A stretch of DNA of 64,000 nt, taken from Marsupella aquatica (lineage: Eukaryota > Plantae > Marchantiophyta). Made by a program: the position numbers and the translations under genes. Shown piece by piece: positions 21,638 through 33,939 of the stretch; within the stretch, counting starts at the first letter, position 1, and the number at the start of each line of letters is the position of its first letter. The DNA is taken from assembly GCA_973895155.1 (NCBI GenBank), contig OZ316899.1:2811455-2875454 (forward strand), read 5' to 3'. Under the pieces are notes generated by a model. It saw nothing but the letters and a program-made list of their open reading frames with translations, was not told where the DNA came from and searched no databases.

Positions 21638-24600
21638 GCCGTATAACTATGCTGTTACAATATCCATTTCATGCATGGATAAGTGATGGCGTTGTGAAAA
21701 TGTAATGAGGTATCTGTAGGTAATAACATCCATTACCGGGGAGTATGTTAGGTCATAGTCCTTGCCGGGGACTTGAGTAAATCCTCTGGCCACCAGTCTA
21801 GCCTTATGCCGTGTCACATCACCTTTCGCATTTCTTTTCTTGACTAAGGTCCATTTATAGCCAATGAGATGGGCTTCAGGTTCAGCTATTGTGATTGGTC
21901 CGAATACCTGGCGAGCTATGAGGGAGTCCAGCTCTAAGTGAATGGCCTGTTTCCATTCAGGCCAGTCAGGTTGGGCCTCAGCTTCTTTGATTGTGCGGGG
22001 GTCCGGCTGTTTGTCGTCAATCTGCTGTACTATATGAAATGCAAATTGTTCGTCTATAGTAGTGTGCTCTCTGTCCCATACATGCCCAGTTCTTCCATAG
22101 TTGATTGAGATCTCGGCATTGTCTTCTAGTACATTGGGTTGACTAGGAGTTGGGTCCCTGGTGGATGTATTGGGTACAGGTGTTGGGGCAGCTCTACGCT
22201 ATCGTGGTTGTTTGTCGACAGCTCCCAATGGGCGGCCTCTCTTTGCTTTTGGGGCTGTTGTTGATGCTGGTGAGGTCTCCATTTGGATTCTGGATGGTGC
22301 ATTTGCTGCTGGGATATGAGAGCGTGTCACCTGGGCGGCATCTGTGAAGGAGTCTGGTAGATGTTCTACCATCCTTGCTAAGTGTAAAATTCGTTGTACT
22401 TCAGTGTCCGCGTGACTGTCCCTGGGGTCGTTCCAGAACCCGACATCAATTTGCCAAGTCAGTTGGGAGTTTTTCTCTGTGTCGTGTTGCTTCGTATGTA
22501 GGCTTGGGAATATATCTTCATAAAAGTGGCAATCTACAGAGCGTGCTTTGAAGACATCAGAGGTTGTAGGTTCCATATACCTGATAATGGAAAGTTGAGT
22601 TAAAGCCTATGTATATCCCTGGGTGTCTCTGGGGGCCCATCTTGGTTCTCTTAGGTCCCAGGGTGGGTACCATTACCTTTCAGCCGAATGTTCTCAGGTG
22701 AGAGACATTTGGTATGGTCCCTAGTGCTAGATGATGTGGGGTAGAGGAATTAAAGGATGATGGCCTGTAGCTGAGTAGTGCAGCAGAGCGGAGAATGGCA
22801 TGGCCCCAGGCAGTTGTTGGTAGATTCGACTGCATTAGGAGGGGCCGGGCAATCATCTATAATCGTTCGATCAGGGATTCAGCTATTCCGTTCTGAAAAT
22901 GAACATGGGGCACTGGGTACTGTACATCTATGCCGGCAGCCTGGCAGAAATCTTCAAACGGTTTGGAGGTAAATTCTCCGGCATTGTCCACTCTGAGTGT
23001 TTTGATCTGGTGTTCGGGAAATTGTGCTCTCAGTTTTAGTATGTGCGCTAGAAGTCGGGAAAATACCAGGTTTCTTGTGGATAATAAAGATATTTGACTC
23101 CATTTGGTTGATGCGTCTAGGACCGCCAGGAAAAATTGGAATGGGCCGCTGGGAGGATCAATCGGCCCACATACATCACCGTGTATGCACTCCAGGAAGT
23201 GGGGAATTTGGCGCTCAGTTGTGGGTGGTGAGGGACGGATTATGAGCTTGCCCTGTGAGCAAGCTAAACAAGGGGCTTTTATGGACGTGGGGTGGACCGT
23301 TTCCGGTATGCCGTGGGTTTCTCTGATAAGTTTCTGGAACATTGTTGTGCCAGGGTGGCCTAGTCGCCTGTGCCAGATCTTGGTGAGTGTGCCCTGGGGT
23401 GTTGTAGTGTGAAAGCTATGGATTTCAGTAGTGTAACAACCGGGGGGTGATGCTCTCAGGATCTCTCTGATCTTGATATTTGGTGGTTCCCCCGAGGTGA
23501 TGTACAGGACTTCTCATCCTTGTTGGGTGCCCGTCTTAATATGTAGCTTGTTGGCGCGGATATCCCCAAAACTTAGTAAGTTCCTGGTTGCCTTGGGGGC
23601 GAATATCGCAGACTCCACATGGATTATTGTTCCACGGGGTAGGGTGACCAATGCTGGTCCAAATCCCTCTTCCAATTGGTGCTGGCCCATAATCGTTGTA
23701 AGTTTTCTTTGTGATGGTATAATTTGCTTGAAGTATTCTTTGTGCTTGAAAATGGAATGTGATGTACCACTGTCTACTATGCAGTGAGAAAAATTGTCTT
23801 TTATATTAGAATCAGGTGTGATGTTTAATGTGACCATATGTATAGATGGTATGATCTCTGTAGATTCTAAAAAGGTCCCGTACGTCTCAGGTTCATTTTG
23901 TTCAATGCTCTTCTTATATAATTGTACAAGGTGTATAGGGGCACGACAGAATTTTTGAATGTGGCCCTTAGTGCCGCAACGGAAACATATAGGGGGGTTT
24001 TCGTATTTATCTCTTTGAGCGCTTTGCTGATGAGGTATCCTCGGTCGGGGTTGAGAATTGTCTCTTTGCCCATTGTTTCTGGAGTTGTATCCATTGTTTT
24101 GATATCTTCCCCTGGATCTGCCTCTGAAAGAGTTGTTTCTGCCCCCGCGTCCTCTGGAGGGACCTCCTCAACCTCTATTTGTGTTTCTCCCCTGAAGCTG
24201 CCTCGGCCGCGGTAAGATATTCCCTCTCCCCTTTGAGTTGTCACGTAATGAGATTCTGTGTTTGTGACTGGAGGGAGGGTGCCGGGGGGTCATTTTGGGA
24301 GTTCTGTAATAGCAATAGCTGATGCTTCTCAGCTAGGAGCATATGTGCGATCAATTTAGAGTATTTGGTGAATCGTATGTTGTGGTATTGAGTGGAGAGG
24401 ATGAGATTGGTAGAGTGGAGGGTGGATAGCGTTTTCTCGATCTGTTCTTCATCATTTACAGGGTGGCGACATATGGCCAATTGTGATACTATCCAGAATA
24501 ATTCACAGTTGTAGTCTGTGATCGTCTTATGGTCTTGGACTGTAAGATTGATCCAATCGTGTCTGGCTGCAGGCAGGTATATGGTGCGGGTGTGATCGAA

Positions 24601-24861
24601 GCGGGATTGAAGTTCTTCCCAGAGGATCCTCAGATTGTATTCGTTCATGTACTGCCGCTTCAAGGAGTCGCTCAAATGGTGTCTGATTAGTATCAATGCC
24701 TGCGCCTTTTGCTGGAGAGTTAGGCCATTGTCAGTTATTACAATATCCTGTAGATTCTTTGAAGTTAAATGAGCTTCCGTATCAAGCGACCAGGACAAGT
24801 AATTGGCGCCATCGATGCTGAGTGGTTGAAATAAAAGTTTCTCCATGGAATTCGTTGACAT
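21638..24861 (-). pseudogene. pol: Element D gag-pol remnant (gag, CCHC, protease, integrase, N-terminal RT)
   Basis: Fragments 24241-24861 (gag), CFRCGTKGHIQKFC near 23941-23988, 23514-23837 (CIVDSGTSHS), 22857-23342 (IN), 22199-22576, and RT motifs down to 21638, ending at VTA*LYG. Multiple stops and frameshifts. Confidence 0.88.
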
Positions 24862-24954
24862 TTTCTGGATAATTTGTTATTGATAAACTCAATTGGTGAA
24901 GTTGAAGGAATTGAGGATAGACTTTCAAATTGTGTTTGGCAAATTTGGAGTTTC

Positions 24955-27900
24955 TGTCACGTCGTCAGCCTTGGCCTTACTCCGGGCTTCAGCTTAAACA
25001 GGCACACCCTTTGTCAAAATGAGGGTTCGGGCAGGGAGGGAGGCACGGAATGCACCCAACTTACGTAAAATAGTGCTAAGTGCGCCTATCATCATATACG
25101 GACACCTCCTAGGTATGGTTTGTGTTCCGCCGCCGGAACGTACCTCAATCGATAGTAGGATCGACCCTGGCTTAAGGGCTTCTAAGCCTTCGTATTGTCC
25201 GCCTTCGATCCGGATTTTGATGATATGGGTGCTCAACCCGGGCTCGCAACCACGTACACGCAAGATGCACCCCGTGCACTACTTGGGTAGTGCGTTTGGC
25301 CAAGCGTTGGCACCTATACACGAGATTCACACACATACATAAGCACAAGCATAAAATCTCAATTTACACGAAAGAAATAACGGGAAGGGATTTTACTCCA
25401 TAAGAGACATATGCGTACACTTAGTTGACCCGAATGCTCTGGAGTGAACAAGTTCGAGGCCGAGGGTGTACACTACAACGGAGCCCGGCTCCACACTCGC
25501 CCAACGAGCTTAGTCTTACACCCTCCCCTTGGTACTCTTTCACTCCCAGAGGTCGGGACTCCCCGCACATACCGCGGATGTCCAACACTGAGACTAAAAA
25601 CCCCCCTTGCCTCTACCGAGGGGTGCACTAAATACTAAGGGCCGAGGAATGGAGTGTCCTCCCGCTCAAAGATTCGCTGACTTAGGTCCTAACTAATCTG
25701 ACTGTCAGGCCGCAAAACGGCTGTGTCTTATTAGAAGATCCTAACCTACGCAGGCTGGACAGCATGGCGGTGCTGCTTTAACTAGGGCAGGTTCCTGTCC
25801 CCATAGCCTGATTTAGCTATTCCTAAACCTATTCTATTCCTACTCCGCCGCTAATGCCTGGCACGCTTGCCAGAGCCGTCCGAGTGGGAGCGGCCATCCC
25901 GCTACTTACGAAGTCTGTCGTTGTCCGCCTTGAGGAGCTGGACCTGGTCTAGCAGAGATTTGTTCTCTCGCTTCATCGCGTCCATCTCCTCCGCTGCCTC
26001 CTAGCATGCCTCCTCTAGCTGCTGGGCGTCGCTTGTCAGCTTGCCCACCACCTGGTCCTGCTTCTTGGCTTTGGTTTGGAGCCGTGCTACTTCGGCCTGT
26101 AGCGTGGCTATCTCCGCAGTGTCCCGCTGGGCCCGTTCTTTGGCCTCCTCCAGGTCTTTCGGCCAGATGATAGTTTGATTCTTCAAACTATCAATCTGGT
26201 TCCGGAGTTGTGCAATCTCGGCCTCGTTCCTAGCTTTGGCTTGTTCGGCTAGGGCGGTAAGGGCGTGTGCCTTTGCTAACAACTCATCGGCGGCTGCAAC
26301 TTTGGGTCGTAGTTGCAGAAGTTTAGCCTCTTGAGCCGCAACTTCGTTCTTTAAGTATACGGACTCCACCCGGTACCGCTCTATCCTCTGATGGGCCTCT
26401 GACTGGGCCCGACCTGCCTTTACTACGGCAACCAACTCCTGATTGAAGAAATAGGCTACCTTCCGGGCCATGAACTCCCCGGTATCCCGGGAAATTTGAT
26501 GAGAGAAATCTCCCAGAAGCCTGTTCAGAAATGTACCCGGTACAAAGAGTTCCGGGTGGTCCAGGTTGTGCCTGTCCGGATTTGGGCACGGGCAGAAGTC
26601 AACACGCGCGGGGGCCGGGGTAGTGACATCCAGCCCTGGAGATATAGTGTTGGAAGGGGTTGGAGTGTCCTCCTCTAGCAATGTCCGGTCCTCCGGAATA
26701 GCCACAGGTGGGTCTTCGGGAGACCCGGGCTCGAGTAAGGCCTCCGCTGTCCCGATTTTTGTACTTGGCCCGGCCTGGTTGATCGCATCTACGGTTGCGA
26801 TTACCGACCCATCTGGTACCTCATCGGCCACGGCTACAGCTACTTGTGGAGGTGGGGTGGGTGAAGCCTGCGTGGCCGCTGGACTTTGGGCCTCGGGTTG
26901 GGGCCGTCTCTCCAAGGCCGGGAAAACCCACCTAGCTGGGACCAGCTTTGTTACGTTGACACGGGGAAGGGTTCATCGATCAAACCGAGCGTACCACTCA
27001 AGAATGATCTCGATGTGGCTAGAAAAATACGCCTTCCCGCCAATGTATAGCGTCTTTCTTTGCCGCTCCATCTCTTCATGGAATTTCTTAGCGAAGTACG
27101 ACGCCCACTTCCTAGGTCGATAGTTCTCGACCTGGATAACCTGGGCAGCGGAGATCTCCCCCCAGGGTTCCATCATGTGGAGGGGGTACCTTTGGAACTC
27201 CAGTCGCTCAGCTATCTCGGGGATGAGGCAGGTCCTCATCACGAACCCATTGTCCACTGATCCCTCGGAGGGAAAACTTGAGGATTGGTACTTGGCTCCC
27301 TTGCCCTCGAGAGCCCGTGATTCAACTCGGTGGTCACCTTCGGGTAACCCGAAGATCATCTTGAGCCGTTCTTTCGTGAGGGACATATTCCTTCCCCGCA
27401 GCTGAGTATGTTGACGTGCGTCGTCATAATTCTTGACAAATTCCGTCATGTCCTCCCCGTAGTACCTGCAAGTGTTCTAGGGGAGAGAGGCAAGCTGCTC
27501 TAATCCCTGAGTTTTCAGGTACACCGCATGTTTGGGATGGAGGATGTTTTTATGCACGTTTCCCCCATGCGGTGCATTGTCACCTTGGCCGCGGCTACCG
27601 TGGCCATTGGTAACCCGGATGCAGCAGCAGGTTCCTTCCTCTTCTTCCCCCGTGATTGGCTCGGGGAGGGTGACACCTCCCCATCCTCTCGATCAGGCAT
27701 AGGTAGTGCTACCACCATTAGTATTGGGCCCAGGGCGGCCACGGTCACCGTGTTGTCTGCTGGAGCCGCTCCTTGGGTCCGGACATGGGGAGGGGACGAT
27801 GTAGTGTTGGCCCCCTGAGTGTTCGCTCCTCTGGGCCGCCTGAGCAAGGGTGGGGTAGCCTCATCATCGTCGCTAAGGTCCCCAGCGTTGATGACGGAGC

Positions 27901-28952
27901 GTACTTGTACTGGCGGGGCGATTGGCGGTGGGGGTTGGCTAGGCTGAGGCTGAGACTGAGGCTGAGCCTGAGTTTGCGTTGGCGCGGGTACAGGTATGGG
28001 GTCGACTGGGCCGGCACCGGCGGTTGAGGGTCTAGTTCCCATGAAGCTCTGTAGGTGCTGGTAGAAGTTCTCCGAAGCAAGTGCAGATGGCCTTGTCAAA
28101 CGGGTAGTGCTGGACTCGCTGTTGATGATAGCCGGAACCTGAGCAGGGATGTGGTTGAAGTGATGCCGTTGCAAGTCGATTGTACCCGGGATATCGAAGA
28201 CCTCGTCCGGAAGCCGAAGCAATGCTTCCCAGAAACCAATATATTTGTCTCTGTTGAAGAAGTACCCTGATACCTTTGCTGGTCGGTAAAGCTCGCTCTA
28301 AGACGGGTAGTCAAAGTTAAGGATATAGTGGTGTCATCCTGCTAGGTGGATGGCTCTCTCGTACTCGCGTTTGATTTTGTATCGGCGCGGGTTGGCGTGT
28401 TTCAATGAGTCGGCCAAGTGTCTTCCGGTAGATAGGAACTGCGTCCAGAATCGAATGGCCGAACTAGAGAGGATCGTGTGTGACATTAAGAGGAGATAGC
28501 AGTGGCGACTAAGAGAAAACGAGAGAGCTGGGGTTGAAGCTGGCGCGTGGACTGATGGACTGGTGCACTACAAAGGGTCGGCTCCCCTTTTATACCTTGA
28601 GGGCTCATCGATCACCCAACGTCTCCTCGTTGCTTATAGGCTGAACCGTTCACGCTTGTAGTGTACCGGCCACTCTGCCGGTCTAAGTCAGCGCGTGTCA
28701 GTGGCCGCTTCCCTAAGTTCATTATACAAACCCGAGGGAGGGGCCCCTCCATGCTCGCAACCCGGGCGTGCGAATGGCAACACGCCGCCAGTCCGAACAT
28801 GAATTCCCCTTATTGACTAATGATTTCCTACTCATAATGGTTACCTAAATACTGTCGTTATGCTAATAATAGCGGCCTAAGATACCCCTAACGCGCATGC
28901 TAAGTGCAGTTTAGACCAAATTACTCATTACTCGCGTACCGGCGGCGTCACA
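24955..28952 (-). mobile_element. Solo LTR E (3998 bp), Gypsy giant-LTR family related to A
   Basis: Minus-strand termini TGTGAC...GTGACA; perfect 5-bp TSD GTTTC at 24950-24954 and 28953-28957; no gag/pol inside. Confidence 0.92.
25902..28314 (-). pseudogene. ORF embedded in solo LTR E (~800 codons, stops and frameshifts), homologous to the LTR ORFs of A, B and C
   Basis: Fragments 28096-28314, 27515-28222, 26973-27449 and 26001-26915 (last two in frame, continuing to a TAG at 25902-25904). Motif EFVKNYD...TQLRGRNMSLTKERLKMIFGLP; C-terminal coiled coil. 5' start uncertain. Confidence 0.85.
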
Positions 28953-29137
28953 GTTTCTTATCTCATTGTCTGATTTTGTATCCAATTCGCTTCAATCATT
29001 GACATGCAGTCTCGCGGGATGATTTCGGCCACCGCTGCTCCTTCGTCTGCCTTTAATCCTGCCCTTAATGATAGAAAAAAAAGTCTTGCTATGGAGGAGA
29101 AAATGTAATCCCTAAAAAAATTGATTCAAATCCAGCA

Positions 29138-29151
29138 TCGTGCTGATAACG
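29138..29151 (-). other. PBS of element D, complementary to the anticodon arm of tRNA-Ile (half-tRNA priming)
   Basis: Plus strand reads TCGTGCTGATAACG, matching the tRNA-Ile anticodon arm TCGTGCT(A/I)ATAACG as I recall it; abuts the LTR end. Confidence 0.7.
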
Positions 29152-29309
29152 TGTTGTGAGGTATAGAACAACTGATACTTCATTCCCTTCCATATCCTTA
29201 CATATAGGCTATCCAATAGCTAGGCGGTTAGACAGTTAGTGTGGTCTAACCTGAGTAGACGTAAACCTAGTTAACCTCATGTATGGTCTGGTTAACTCGG
29301 GTTACAACA
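29152..29309 (-). repeat. Element D 5' LTR (158 bp)
   Basis: TGTTG...CAACA terminal inverted repeats; lies between the PBS and the Gypsy F RT sequence. Confidence 0.8.
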
Positions 29310-31603
29310 AAAGGGTGTTTGTACAAGGAGAGGGATCAAACACTTAGAGGAGATGGCCTAAGACAGTTTGTGTGGGAGCACTTACAAGATGTGGGAGCTA
29401 TTCTACAAAGACTCAAGGAAGTAGGAGTAACTCTATCTGGAGAGAAGTCAGCTTTCGGGTTACAAGAGATCATGGTAGTAGGGCAAGTTTGTGGCCCTTA
29501 TGGAAGAAGACCATGTGAAGCAAAAGTGGATGCCATCAAGGACATGGAGAACTACAGAACTACCTCAGAGGTAAGGAGATTTCTTGGGGCCTGCATCTTC
29601 TACAGAATATGGATACCACATTTTGCTCACATTGCATAACCTCTCTATGATCTTCTAAGGAAGAATGTGAGGTTTGTATGGAGTGTAGGCCATACAAAGG
29701 CTATGCAACAATTGAAAGAAGCTTTGACTAGCTCACCGGTGTTACAACCTCTGAAGTACAATGGTATTGACCCAATAATTGTGACCATTGACTCAAGTCC
29801 TCATGCATCTGGATGGCAGTTGGACAAGATGAGGAAGGACAAAGGTTTGCCGCACGGTTTGGGGCAAAAATATTTACAGAAAGACAGAGGCATTATCCTC
29901 AAGTAAAATGAGAGTTGTGGAGTGCGAAGGTAGCACTTCGCCAAGAAAGAGACTATTTGATAGGAGCAAATGTAATACTAGAGACAGATTGCCTACCCTT
30001 GTTGGGAATGATAGCCAATTGTGATACTCCAGATATTGCAATGCTTCGATTGATAGCATTCATCAGAATGTTTAATCCTGAGTTAAAGCACATTGCTGGG
30101 AGAGATAATCCAGTAGCTTATATGCTTTCCCGAGCTCGCTATAGGGATGAGGAGGACCAGGGAATGTGCCTTCATAGTACATATGGAGAAGATGAAGGGG
30201 AATTGAGGTTTGAAGAGGAAGCTTATTCTGGGGAATTGTTGCAGATAAGACGTTACCTTGCCACGTTGCAGAAAGATTCAACATGGAGTAAGCAAGACTT
30301 CAACAGAATTTGGAAGAAGTCTTACCAATTCATGATTAGAGATGGATCCCTTTGGAAGCATCCAAAGAAGAAGGGGCACATACTTCTAAGAGTCATTGGT
30401 AGAGAAGAAGAGAAACACAAAATTTTACATGACTTGCATGATTCTGACGTGGCAGGACATAAGGGGAGAGAAGCTACTTATGAAAGGATTTGAAGGCTAT
30501 ATTGGTGGCCAGGGATGTATGTAGATGTAAGTAAGTATGTGGAAACTTGCAAAGTGTGTCAACTCTACTCGAAGGTGAAGCATAGAGATGGACTAAAACC
30601 CACGTACCCTCTTTCCCTACACTACCAATCGGTTGTAGGTGTGGTACACATGCCGAGGGGAGTAAGAGGAGCCAAGTATCTTGTCTTGGCTATTGAGGAC
30701 CTCTCCTCCTACATTGAAGGTAGAGCCTTGACAACAAATAAGACCGAGGCGATATGCAGATTTGTATTAGAGGACATCATTGCAAGGTATGGATGCTTTG
30801 ATCGCATGAGGGCAGACAGAGGGGAGCTCAATGCAGAGGAAGCAGTTGCATTTTTCAGGAAGTTTAGGGTGAATCTCAAATTGACAACTGCTTACAATCC
30901 TAAAGGTAATGGCAAGAGTGAGAGGGGACACCAACCAATTGTGAATGCCTTGATTAAGGCATGCAAGGGGAGAATCTCACTTTGGCCAAATTTCCTTCCC
31001 CTAGCACTTATGGCACATAGAACAACTTGCACATCGGTAACAGGATATGCACCTTCAGAGTTGATCAATGGTCAACTTCCACTCATGCCAATAGAAGAAG
31101 ACATTAATAGTTGGAGGGCAATAGAGTGGGAGGATGATATATCTCAAGAGGATTTGATTCTTCGTCGCATAGAGCAGTTTGATCACACTCCTACAAAGAT
31201 CCAAGGCGCCATTAAACAATTGAAGCAAAAGAGAATGGCTAACAAATCCCGCTTTGACAAGACCCATCGATTGTGACCCAAGACAATCCAAGAAGAGGAT
31301 TGGGTCTTAGTCTCTGAAGGCGGTCTCAGACAAGATCACTCCTCGATCAAGAAATTTGCACATCGTTGGAGGGGCCCATTTGTGGTAGTTACTACTCACC
31401 CAAATTCCACTTACACTCTTTGTGAGTTGGATGGAGCAATTCATCGTGTGCCTTATGCAGGAAAAAGGGTGAAAATATTCAAAAGGCGAACATGTTTTTT
31501 AGAGGAAGAGGCCATCGATTCAGACCAAGAAGAGGAAGAGGAAGAAGAAGAAGAAGAAGATGAAGAACCTGAAAAGCAAGAGGAAGAAATATTCATTGAG
31601 TGA
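29310..31603 (+). pseudogene. pol: Element F pol remnant (RT end, RNase H, integrase, acidic tail)
   Basis: Fragments 29283-29639, 29667-29906, 29915-30493, 30515-31276 and 31382-31603, with stops and frameshifts. Confidence 0.88.
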
Positions 31604-31610
31604 AGTAAGA

Positions 31611-31826
31611 GATTAGTAGGGGTGACTATTAAGTGTGGTGCAGACTACAAGATGCACAAGATTAGTAGGGGTGAGTATTAAGTGTGGTGCAGACTACAAG
31701 ATGCACAAGATTAGTAGGAGTGACTATTAAGTATGGTGCAGACTACAAGATGCACAAGATTAGTAGGGATGACTATTAAGTGTGGTGCAGACCGGAGGCT
31801 GCATAGGTTTAGTAGGGGTGATATAT
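31611..31826 (+). repeat. 49-bp tandem repeat (4 units plus a partial), each unit containing the PPT-like motif
   Basis: Unit GATTAGTAGGGGTGACTATTAAGTGTGGTGCAGACTACAAGATGCACAA at 31611, 31660, 31709 and 31758. Confidence 0.95.
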
Positions 31827-32329
31827 TGTGGGGATTCTTTGTTTAATAAGTTCTTCCTAAGTATAGCTTAGTAGTATAGGATAGTAGTTTGAATTCTTAT
31901 ATTATATGCAGTCTATAGTGTGCATGCTATAGTGCACGACCTACAGTGTGCATGCTACAGTGTATGATCTACAGTGTGCATGCTACAGTGTACGGTCTAT
32001 AGAGTGCATGCTACAGTACACGGTGTACAGTATGCATGCTACAGTGTAAGATCTAAAGTGTGCATGCTACAGTGCAAGACCTACAGTGTGCATGCTACAG
32101 TGTACGATCTACAGTGTGCATGCTATAGTATACTGCCTACAGTTGCTCCACTCATGTAACTATAGTACTAGCACACTTACTTGCCTTGGATGTGTGACAC
32201 ATGGCTTTCATCCGTGTACCATGCTTGATCCGTGTGCTTGAGGTGTGAGCACTATAAATAAAGAGGAGAGGGGCTCTCTTCCCTCACTCCCCATCTTTCA
32301 TCAATTAAGTGTGAAGCCTTAAGAATCCA
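31827..32329 (+). repeat. Putative 3' LTR of element F
   Basis: Follows the PPT, starts with TG, has TATA-like CTATAAATA near 32252 and a partial inverted terminus. The partner LTR is not in the window. Confidence 0.55.
31913..32143. repeat. Minisatellite: 8 x 28 bp higher-order unit of two 14-bp subunits (CTACAGTGTGCATG / CTACAGTGTATGAT)
   Basis: Unit starts at 31913, 31941, 31969 and so on to 32109. Confidence 0.93.
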
Positions 32330-32358
32330 TTGGACTTGGTGACCTCCTCTATGAATAT

Positions 32359-32660
32359 AACCCTTATGAAGTAGACCCACTCATACACGCTTGCTTAGAG
32401 CTTTGGCTTGGCCAGAGATATTTTGTATGAGTTGGACTTTCAAAAAGTATTATCATTTGATGGGAGATGGTTATTAAGTCCTAAAGAGTTGCAAAGTGCT
32501 CAACAATACCTTAACATCATATGCTCCTTTTGGGTGAAACCCTTATGAAGTAGACCCATGCATGCACGCTGGCTTGGAGCTTAGCTCAGTCAGTGGTAAT
32601 TTGTATGTGTTGGACCTTCAGATAGTGTTTTCATTCAAAAGAAGATAAACTTATTAAGAT
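32359..32660. repeat. Diverged ~120-bp direct repeat pair (179-bp period)
   Basis: AACCCTTATGAAGTAGACCCA at 32359 and 32538, with continuing partial similarity. Confidence 0.7.
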
Positions 32661-33939
32661 AAATAGCTGCATATATATACTTAGAGTTAACTCAATGCAT
32701 AGTATTTATTTGAAATGAATGATCTTTTCGTTGAATGATTCTAGATCTTGTCATTAGAATAAATATTAGTTGGATGGAATATTTGATAGTACGATAATGC
32801 CCAGACCAGTACCTGTTCTTCCTCTCCCTAATCCTTTCCTTATTAGAATTCATGTACTCCAAAAAGAGATAATGCGTCAGAATATGACTTTTCACTAGCA
32901 TTTGCAACTGCGGTGTTAAATTCAATAGAGCCAATTGTATACCCTTATGTAGTTTATGGGCAGGATTGGGTTTGGGGGTATTTACATAAGACAGGAAACA
33001 GGAAAACAGGAAACCCAAAACAGGAACCGATGACAGGAAACAGGAAACCGAATACACCAAACTTAAACCAAAAATACCGGAAACTTTTATGTTGTTAAGC
33101 AAGAACTTGACACCCAAAACGGGGTGTTTAGAAGATTGTAGTCAAGTCCAAAAAAAAGATGTAGAATAGCAACAGGCGCTCGAATACTAAGCCAAGGGGA
33201 ACGGTACATTTGAACCTGGGTTATACTAAAAAGCATAGGCACGCACCAGGCGCTGCCATTGTAATTGTACAGAATGGAGCTCTAAACAAGAAACTTGGGC
33301 GCCTCCGTCGGACCGGTGAAGATACTAGCGCCGGGCGCTAGTTATATCGCTCAGTCAGACGGAGGCCGACGTGATAAATACGACGAAACCACCGGGACCA
33401 TCGGACCAACGTTTAGGGTTTTACATCCAAAAGAGCCAACTCCAACCAATTTGCATAATTGAACGCCACCCCAAAATCCACAAAGTCTTGCGATACAATT
33501 TTTTTTTAGTAAGATGGTAGTGCCAGGCGCTTACAAAAGATCAAAGTGATCTGCATAACCACACCGTAAACGGAAGGTATGAAAGTTTCAAAAAGCTACG
33601 CGCATCCGACGCCTCTCGCTTAAAATGGCCAAACAGTAAACTAGTGCTAGGCACTTCACCAAACTCCACACAAACGATAACCAAAATGGCTACATCTAAC
33701 GACAAGATTTCTAAATTCCAGTCGAGTCCCAACAAAGTCTTCATCACATTCGGAAAAACTTGAGCGCTATGGGCACCATAGTCTTAGAGACCAACGCTAG
33801 CGCCGGGGGCGCTAGTCCGCTCATTAGTCGATGAGCCACATTCATCGTTCACTCCAGCATTAGATCAGGCTCTATCTGGAACGAAACCGTGCTCACGGTT
33901 TCTCACAAATACCATCGACGGAACTCGCTCATCACCGGT

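Larger units (their letters stand above)
21638..29309 (-). mobile_element. Element D: Ty1/Copia, Bianca-like, degenerate; cut in RT by element B and interrupted in its leader by solo LTR E
   Basis: Gag start PLSIDGANYLSWSLDTEAHL; integrase IHGDVCGPIDPPSGPFQFFLAVLDASTKWSQISLLSTRN; RT HKARLVARGFTQ; short LTR 29152-29309; non-TGG PBS. Confidence 0.9.
29310..32329 (+). mobile_element. Element F: old Ty3/Gypsy 3' half (distinct lineage from A, B and C)
   Basis: RT tail KGC...RQFVWEHLQD, RNase H TIDSSP...LETDCLPL, integrase HKG...CKVCQ...RADRGE...SERGHQP, RWRGPF; PPT-like AGTAGGGGTGA; putative LTR from TGTGGGGATTCTT (31827) to AAGAATCCA (32329). Confidence 0.82.

Noticed and set aside
26001-26915. 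Coiled-coil ORFs (also 7468-7965, 19664-20722, 60883-61359) as host myosin- or SMC-like genes
   Set aside because: They lie inside TSD- or PBS-defined LTRs and are in-frame pieces of the LTR gene.
32985-33050. Short ACAGGAAA repeats as subterminal repeats of a DNA transposon
   Set aside because: No TIR, TSD or matching repeats found at the other end of the cassette; cannot be supported.
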